Part shown: positions 56,990 through 64,000 of the stretch, piece by piece
Layout of the letters: the number at the start of each line of letters is the position of its first letter
Numbering within the stretch: position 1 is the first letter of the stretch
From: Eledone cirrhosa
Lineage: Eukaryota
Length of the DNA stretch: 64,000 nucleotides
Direction: 5' to 3'
Assembly: GCA_964016885.1 (NCBI GenBank)
Contig: OZ024745.1
Coordinates: 37,758,001-37,822,000, forward strand
The notes under the pieces: generated by a model
What the model was told of the DNA's origin: nothing
Databases searched by the model: none
What the model saw: the letters and a program-made list of their open reading frames with translations, nothing else
Program-made: the position numbers and the translations under genes

Positions 56990-59900
56990 TTCTATTTATT
57001 TGCCACCAGAGCATCAAAGATTGGGACAAATACAAAGGGGGGAGTTTACATACATTTAAAAAGACGTGTAAAAAACATATAACAAATTAAATTTAACAAT
57101 CGATGTCCTCAATAGAGAGGGGCGTTGACATGGGTCGCACACACCCCGAAAAAATGTGCAACCCTCCTCTTCAGGAGCACAAAGAGCGGGTGCTTCCTTC
57201 CTCTTCTCATTCTTCTCCTCTCTCACCTACAGGCTGATATAGAGAGAAAGCCATTCTCGCTACTTTCACCCACCTTTCATAAAACTTGCTGGGGTAGAGC
57301 ATCTCTCTCTCCATTCTGATCCTTCTTCTAAAGTGGTACTTGAAAAAAAAGACCAGTTGTTGGCCGGAGAGAAAGGTGTCTGACCTCAGCCCTTTCAACC
57401 TTGTCCACCATACAACTTCTTTCGCCATGGCTATCACACAGAGGAAAACCGCCTCTCCTTCGTTTTTGAAAGGGGGAGGCGGTTTGATCGTGACAATGTT
57501 CTCGGTGGTCAACCGGATTGGTCCCACCCGCGACAGTAGTCGTTCCACATATCCCCACAGGTCAGCAACGCCCGGGTAGTGTACGAATGCGTGTGCGACG
57601 GTTTCCTCGTCACGCACGCATCTCGGACAGATCTTCTTCGAGGGGTCCCTACCCGGGCGCCGGTGTCTGTAGAGCTTGTCCCGAACGGGTAGAGCTCCTC
57701 GGTAACATTGCCAAGCCAGGGACTTTTGGAAGTTGTCAATCGGTCCCGGGCCAAACCTCCTACCGAACAGACTGGCCAGCTCGTCTTCCTCCATGCCCAG
57801 AGCCTGTCCGAGTGCGTCGTCGCACTTACTGCGCACCAACCCTCTATAGAATGTTGAGGTTGAGTCTCCACTGATTGCCGGATCCGCTTGCCAGAGGGCC
57901 GTGAGCGACTGCGCACATTCAATGTGCCAGTCGCCCACTTTTCTCGGTCTTTGCTTGACCCAGGATTGCAGCTCGGTGAGTGAGACGAGTCTCGGAAAGG
58001 CTCGCCTCACAAACAGGGCCCACACCGGCTGACCGGTGAGGAATATCTGGAGGTGCCGTAGCCTTAATGCGTGTCTACCCATCGTCAGCCACGGCATCCT
58101 GAGCCCTCCGTTCGAAGGGTGTTGACAGCAGATGGATCTTCTCACCAAAGGAGCCCGCTTCTTCCAAAGAAATCGGAAGAGCGCGCGCTCCAATTTTGGC
58201 GAGTGTTTTCTCTGGGCAAGGCACGACGGTCAAGCGGTAGTAGATGATGGACGCTATATAAGCGTTCGCCACCTCCGCTCGACCTTTCAGGGATAGTTTG
58301 CTCTCGGCCCACTTCTGGGCGAGTGCAAACACCTTGCCCGTTACCTCGTCCCAGCTTTTCTCCACCTGGAGGTCAGGTCCGAACCAGATCCCGAGCAGCT
58401 TCACCGGTCCCTCCGTCCAGCGTCCGACGATGCCGTCGGAGGGCATCGTTTTGCCCCTCCACGTCCCGAGTTGCAAACCGACGGACTTGTCCCGGTTCAG
58501 CTTGGCTCCTGTGAACCTTTCATATTCCTCCAGTAAGGTGCCGATCTGCCCGTTTTCCGATGCGCACGACACCATTACTGTCACGTCATCGGCGTAAGCC
58601 GACACCGCTTTCCGCAATCCCGGTTCCAAGGGGATGCCCTGCAACATCTCCAGCTTCCGCAGTAGTGGCTCGAGAGCCTGCACATATAGGAGGGAGGAGA
58701 GAGAGCATCCCTGTCGGATGGATCGCGTGATTTGGAACGGCTCCGAGAGGTAGCCGTTCACCTTGACCCTCGAGCAGGTGTTGCTGCTGTGCATTGCAGC
58801 AATCCAGCCCCTGAAAACGGGTCCGAAGCCTGCCGCCGCGAGCACCGCTTCCAGGTACCGATGGTCAACCCTATCGAACGCCTTAGATTGATCCAAGTTG
58901 ATCAGGGCCCCACCAAAGCCGGGTTCGTTCCCTACCCTCTCTACGATGTATCGCATGAGGTGGAAGTTGTCGTGTATGGACCTGGACGGGATTGGGCATG
59001 TCTGCGCTTCTCCCACCAGGTTCCCGACGACAAGCGCCAACCTCTTCGCTAACACCTTGGCCAAAATCTTTAACTGTGTTTAGCAGAGTTATGGGCCTGA
59101 AGTTATCTATATCATCCACCTTGTTCTCGTTCTTTCCTCACCAGCGTGAATACGCCCTTGGTCACAGAACTGGGAATTCTCCCGTTCTGTTGCCAGTTGC
59201 AGTAGACCGCCTCGAGGAGACCGGAGAACAAGCCCGGCATCGCTACATAAAGTTCGTATGGTAGACCATCGAGACCCGGAAATTTGCGTTTGCCGCATTA
59301 GCTCAGCGCTTCCCCTATTTCAGCGGCTGAAATCGGCCTCTCGCAGGACTTCGCCTCCCCGCCCGAGAGCTGCGCCAAACCGTCGAGGTATGGACCGAAA
59401 TCCATGGCCCCACCCGGCCCGGCGCCCCTCCCGAACAGTCGTGAAAAGCGCCGTTGAAAGGCCGCGCTCATCCGCTCAGGTTCAATGATCACGCGTGCAT
59501 TCTGGTCCTTCAAAGACCGAATCGTGGACTTGTTTCCACTTTTTGCCTCTGTCACTCGGGGCCAGCTAACAGCTTTGGCTCCCTCGTTACCCAGAGCACG
59601 TATTTTACTCCTGACAACGCAGCCCTCGTGCTTCGCATCAAAGAACTGGTCTAGGGCAGTTCTTGACGCCAGCACGCCGGCCACGTTGCCACTCTTAATC
59701 GCCTCTTCTACTCTATTTGTTAATTACCTTTCAGTTCTATTCCTATCTGATGCTAATTCCCGACTAAAACCTATCGATTCTATTCTAATTTCTCTCTTGT
59801 GAGAGACCCACCACCTGCTGTTGACAATTGCCCCCGTCAAACGCTGCTTAACTAGTGTGGTAATCCGCTTACTGTAAGCTTTGTTTGTCGGTAAAGACAA

Positions 59901-61270
59901 GTTTAGCTTCCAGTAACCGGGTCCCTGTCTATAACTTCTATCAAGGTTGACCACTCCGGTCAACAACTTGTGATCCGAATAGTCAACCATGAACATTCGT
60001 GGACAGCTTAATATGTCCCTATCCTTATTTCTAACTAGGAACCTATCTAGGTACGACCTAGATGTTCCGCTGCGATTAGTCTACGCCCACAGTGGCACAA
60101 TCGGAAAATCTAGTCGATATCTATCGGCCAGATCAAATCGGCCGATTAATCGTTTGAGGCTGTTACACCCCCTCTATCGGGACATTCCCCTACATAGTCC
60201 CAACGTGCATCCAGGATACCATTCCAGTCCCACACTAAAAGCAAGGAGCGAGACGTTCCCAGGAAATTCTCCAGGCGTCGGAAGAAGTCCGGTCGCGGTG
60301 TCCCAGATGGGGCATACGCTGCCACCAGCCTGAAAGCTCCACCTTCACCACCGCCGACGTCTAAAACCACCAGTCGACCCTCCGGGTCCAGGTGTACCTT
60401 CTGTGTGGCAAGACCCAGGTATTTTTGAAGCAGAACGACAACCCCACCCCCACCCCTCGGCTGACAGAGAGATGCGTAGATCTGAAAGTCGTCGAAGATG
60501 GGGGCCAGTTGGCGCTCGCTGCTGATCCTGGACTCGCAAATAACCATTACATACACTCTGTGCGACCTGAGGTCATTTAAGAGTTTGTCCTGTTTCAAGG
60601 ACATCCCCAGGCCGCGTGCATTCACACATCCAACTCGTATATTGGCCATGTTGGTGCTGAAGAGTTAAAAAGGAAGAGGAAAGGAAATTACTTACATCTT
60701 CGTCTCCTGGGGACCAGGCTGCACAATTTCCATGGGGGTGTTGGAAGGGTTGTTTGGTGGGGTAAGGACATCAGTATGTGGTGTGATTAGGGTATTTGAT
60801 GGGGTGTGGATGTCTGGTGTGGGGGTGGGGAAACATCTCAATAGGACGTGGTTAAGTGGTTTGGTGCAGATGGTCCCCACATCCATTGGATGGTTCTTTT
60901 TCAAAGTTATATAGGTTTCCGTTGGGACCCTAATCATCATTAGGTGCGGTTTGTTCGCTGCGTAGGTGAAAGTGATCCCTTCGGTTTCCACCGAAGGGTT
61001 ATTTTCTACTGTTTTCATCAACGTTTTATTGTTCTTGTTAATGTATGTATAGAGTTTTTGTTGTGTTGTGTTTGTTTTTGTTTGTTATTCTTGTGCGTGT
61101 TTGCGTTTTGTAGTATGTGTTATGTTTTGGGGAGGGGTGGGTTTTTTTATTTGTGATGTTTGTTCTGTTTGTGCTGGTGGTTGTGTGTTTGTGGCATTTT
61201 TGTTAATGTGGTGCGTTTTTTTTCCTTTTCACCTGTTAAAAGGGTTCTCCCTCGTCGTCACTGGGTGACG
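56990..61270 (-). mobile_element. Tx1-clade (L1 group) LINE, probably near full length
   Basis: complete EN-RT-Zn ORF2 with a 3' UTR; 5' boundary uncertain. Confidence 0.85.
57207..60649 (-). pseudogene. Tx1 ORF2 (APE endonuclease + RT + zf-RVT), broken by several frameshifts and stops
   Basis: GCVNARGL, AYAP, DWN, YSDHK, GPGYWKLN, NFRPITLLN, LDQSKAFDRVDH, RQGCSLS, AYADD, CPRC..ETVAHAF. Confidence 0.93.
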
Positions 61271-63795
61271 CGGATTAGATATAGTGATGCGGATTAGAAG
61301 AGAGTTCCGTGTAGTAGATATAGAGAGGGAGGAGTTTAGTATTATTTGATATAGAGAGGGGTATTGGAAGAGATTTCCGTATTGTAGATATAGAGAGCCG
61401 GATTGGGATAGAGTGTTGTATGGTTGATTTAGCGAGGAGGAGATAGTGATAGGGCATACGCTGCCACCAGCCTGAAAGCTCCACCTAAAGGGAGGGGTAT
61501 TGGAAGAGAGTTCAGGGTAGTAGATATATAGAGAGGGATTGGGAGAGGGTTTTGTATGGTTGACGTAGCGAGGGCCATAGTTTGGTGGTAATGAATAGAG
61601 GGAGAAGATTGATAGAGATATGTATTTATAGATATAGAGAGAAAGAGTGTTTGGTAATGATGGATAGAGTGAGAGGTAATGATAGAGAATGTTGTATGGT
61701 AGATATAGAGAGAGGGTTAGTTTAGTGGTAATTGGTATATAGAGGGGTATTGTGAAAGAGTGTCGTTTAGTAGATATAGATAGGAATAGATCTCAATGCT
61801 TGTAGATATAATGAGGTGGTTAAGAGAGATACATATTGCTAAATATATAGCGGGGATTGGGAAAGGCACTGTCTTAAAAGATATAGAGTGAGGAGTTTAG
61901 TGGTGATGGACAGAGCACGAAATTGACCAAATTTGCCCCCTAACCAGAAATGATCCAATGCCTTTGAATATATACTCATTCAATTGTACACTGTACACAC
62001 TCAGAAATGCACACGAACACTCACCCACATACATTTATATACATTTCATGTACACACAAACACACAGATTGTTATGCACGTACAGTCATGTATTTAGACA
62101 TATACTCACACACAGATTGAAATAAACACACTTACGCATTCGTACATTCTCACATATGCGTACACGCGTACACTGACACACGTATAGTCATATATATACC
62201 TTGTATTCAAATATATTCACAGATACTTACGCATATACACACAAATGCTCTCATATATGCACTCATACACAGAGTTAATCGTGCACATATTCACATACAC
62301 GCTCACATACACACTCACGCACTCACATATACACACATACTCCATGTGCGTTGAAACACATTCAGAAACTCAGGCAGAAATGCAGTGATGCCTTTACACA
62401 CATTCACAGAGATTCATATTAACATACTTTCCCTTTCCCACACACGTGCCCACGCATACGTTAACACTCATACGCCCACACACACTAACGCACGCACCCA
62501 CACATACGCATATATACAGTGCTAAGTAATAAATGACAATAAAAAAACAGCCTGTAGACCGTAAAAACTAAAATGGCTATTTACTTTTTGTCTGAGGACA
62601 AACTTGTAGATATATAATGAAACTGAATAATCTTCTGGGGCACAGTAAGTCGGTGACATAGCTAGAGGCATTATGAGAACCTCACGCTGAACAATAGACA
62701 TACTCTTACCATTCTAACAAAGTAAATAAATTGAAATTTATCAGTCTTCAGGGCAGATTTTTTTTCTTTATGTAAATAATACTTGAATGATCAATATCGA
62801 TACAGATGCTAATGCACATACAGTCATGCATTCACACATACATTCAAACACACATTGAGTCAGGTACACATTGATACACACAGTCTTAAATGTGTACACA
62901 CATGTACAATCACCTACACACATTCATACACTCCACGTAAACTCAAACATACTCATAGATACTTACGCCTCAAAACGAAGAACAAATCACATAAATGACT
63001 TTTGTAGTATTTTTCAGACAGTTGAGATCAATGAGACGAATGTATTACGAGTAGCAGAGCCAAAGAAGGATTTTTAAGGTTCATTTTCCCAGACTGATAA
63101 ATGTGATGTGAATGGTACCTCAGAATAACGGACAGTACCCATGCATAACCATTGTAGTAGCTTCTCCCAAACTTGTAATATTGATATGATGGGTATCATA
63201 GAAAAAGGTATGTATGGTCCTGTAACTCCCGAGGGTGTAGTTGCGCGCAGCAGTGTCATACAGCGTTTCTAGGGTATTTTGAAATGTAGCCGAGCATATC
63301 TCCTCTTCAGGTCTTTTGCAGTCCCGCTACCCATATTTGTATGATGACACCTCAGAATAAATGATAATACTCATGAACGATTTTCATAGTTCATTATTCC
63401 AAACTGGTAAGATTAAGATTGATTTAAGTGATGCTTGAGGAGAGAGAGATAGAGTTTGTATCTGTTTTTGCTCTTCCTACGGCTCACACCTGTGTAGGTT
63501 TGGTTAAAATTCTATGAGGCTGCATTTCATTTTAGATTTAATCCTATCATGTCACTATTGTATCATCTCATGCCACTATTTTTCTGCGACAGAAGGCGAG
63601 ATTTGAACTTTTGTGATAACAACCTCTAACAATTTTGCATATCTCCAGTTCTGAACTGGCACTTTATTTATCTTTCCCAAAATGATGAAAGTCAAATTTG
63701 ACATCTGTGGGATTTGAAATCAATTTGCTGTGTGTCGGAAAAAATACCATAATGCATTAATGACGTTCTAACGGCTCTGCCAATTCAAGATACAT

Positions 63796-63965
63796 AATTG
63801 TTTCTACTTTAGGCACAAGGCCAGCACTTGTACTTTATTTTATCGACCCCGTAAGGATGAAAGGCAAAGTCAATCTCGGCGGGATTTGAACTCAGATCGT
63901 AAAGGGACATGCTGGAAAGCATGGCGTCCAACCCTCTACCGATACTGCCAATCCACCGCCCTTTT
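63796..63965 (-). mobile_element. SINE family A with target-site duplication, nested at the end of an older copy
   Basis: ttcaagatacataat flanks both sides (63784-63798, 63971-63985). Confidence 0.9.
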
Positions 63966-64000
63966 CAAGATTCAAGATACATAATGACCGTTATTCAAGA

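Noticed and set aside
63074-63340. Possible DIRS-like RT relic (HFK..LETL, MIPI, WLCMG)
   Set aside because: The motifs are scattered over different frames; cannot be supported without a profile search.

Overview
This is AT-rich, repeat-dominated animal genomic DNA, not prokaryotic. The SINE families, huge (TA)n tracts and RTE/Penelope content suggest a cephalopod such as Octopus (inference only). Only one host coding exon is clear: a minus-strand two-EF-hand exon (21607-21966) resembling the N-terminus of RASEF/Rab45-type large Rab GTPases, with candidate upstream exons near 36.7-36.9 kb and 38.1 kb. The rest is intron or intergenic sequence holding two Penelope-like (RT + GIY-YIG) fragments with inverted termini, a near-complete decayed Tx1 LINE ORF2, RTE/CRE/hAT/mariner relics, about 30 tRNA-derived SINEs and a 200-N gap. 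Most ORF-track calls are microsatellite artefacts. The main hidden signal is non-coding: at least 13 hammerhead-ribozyme (HHR) motifs read by eye. These comprise (i) a 6.5 x 467-bp tandem array with one minimal type I HHR per unit (retrozyme-like, predicted to yield circular RNA) plus a diverged 420-bp relative whose stems covary; (ii) several solo HHR variants, including U3-A8 and C4 cores; (iii) foldback palindromes centred on HHR hairpins; and (iv) a candidate HHR at 49701-49770 whose three strands occur in an order that is none of types I, II or III, with an apparent second family member at 16.8 kb. All ribozyme calls are manual folds and untested.
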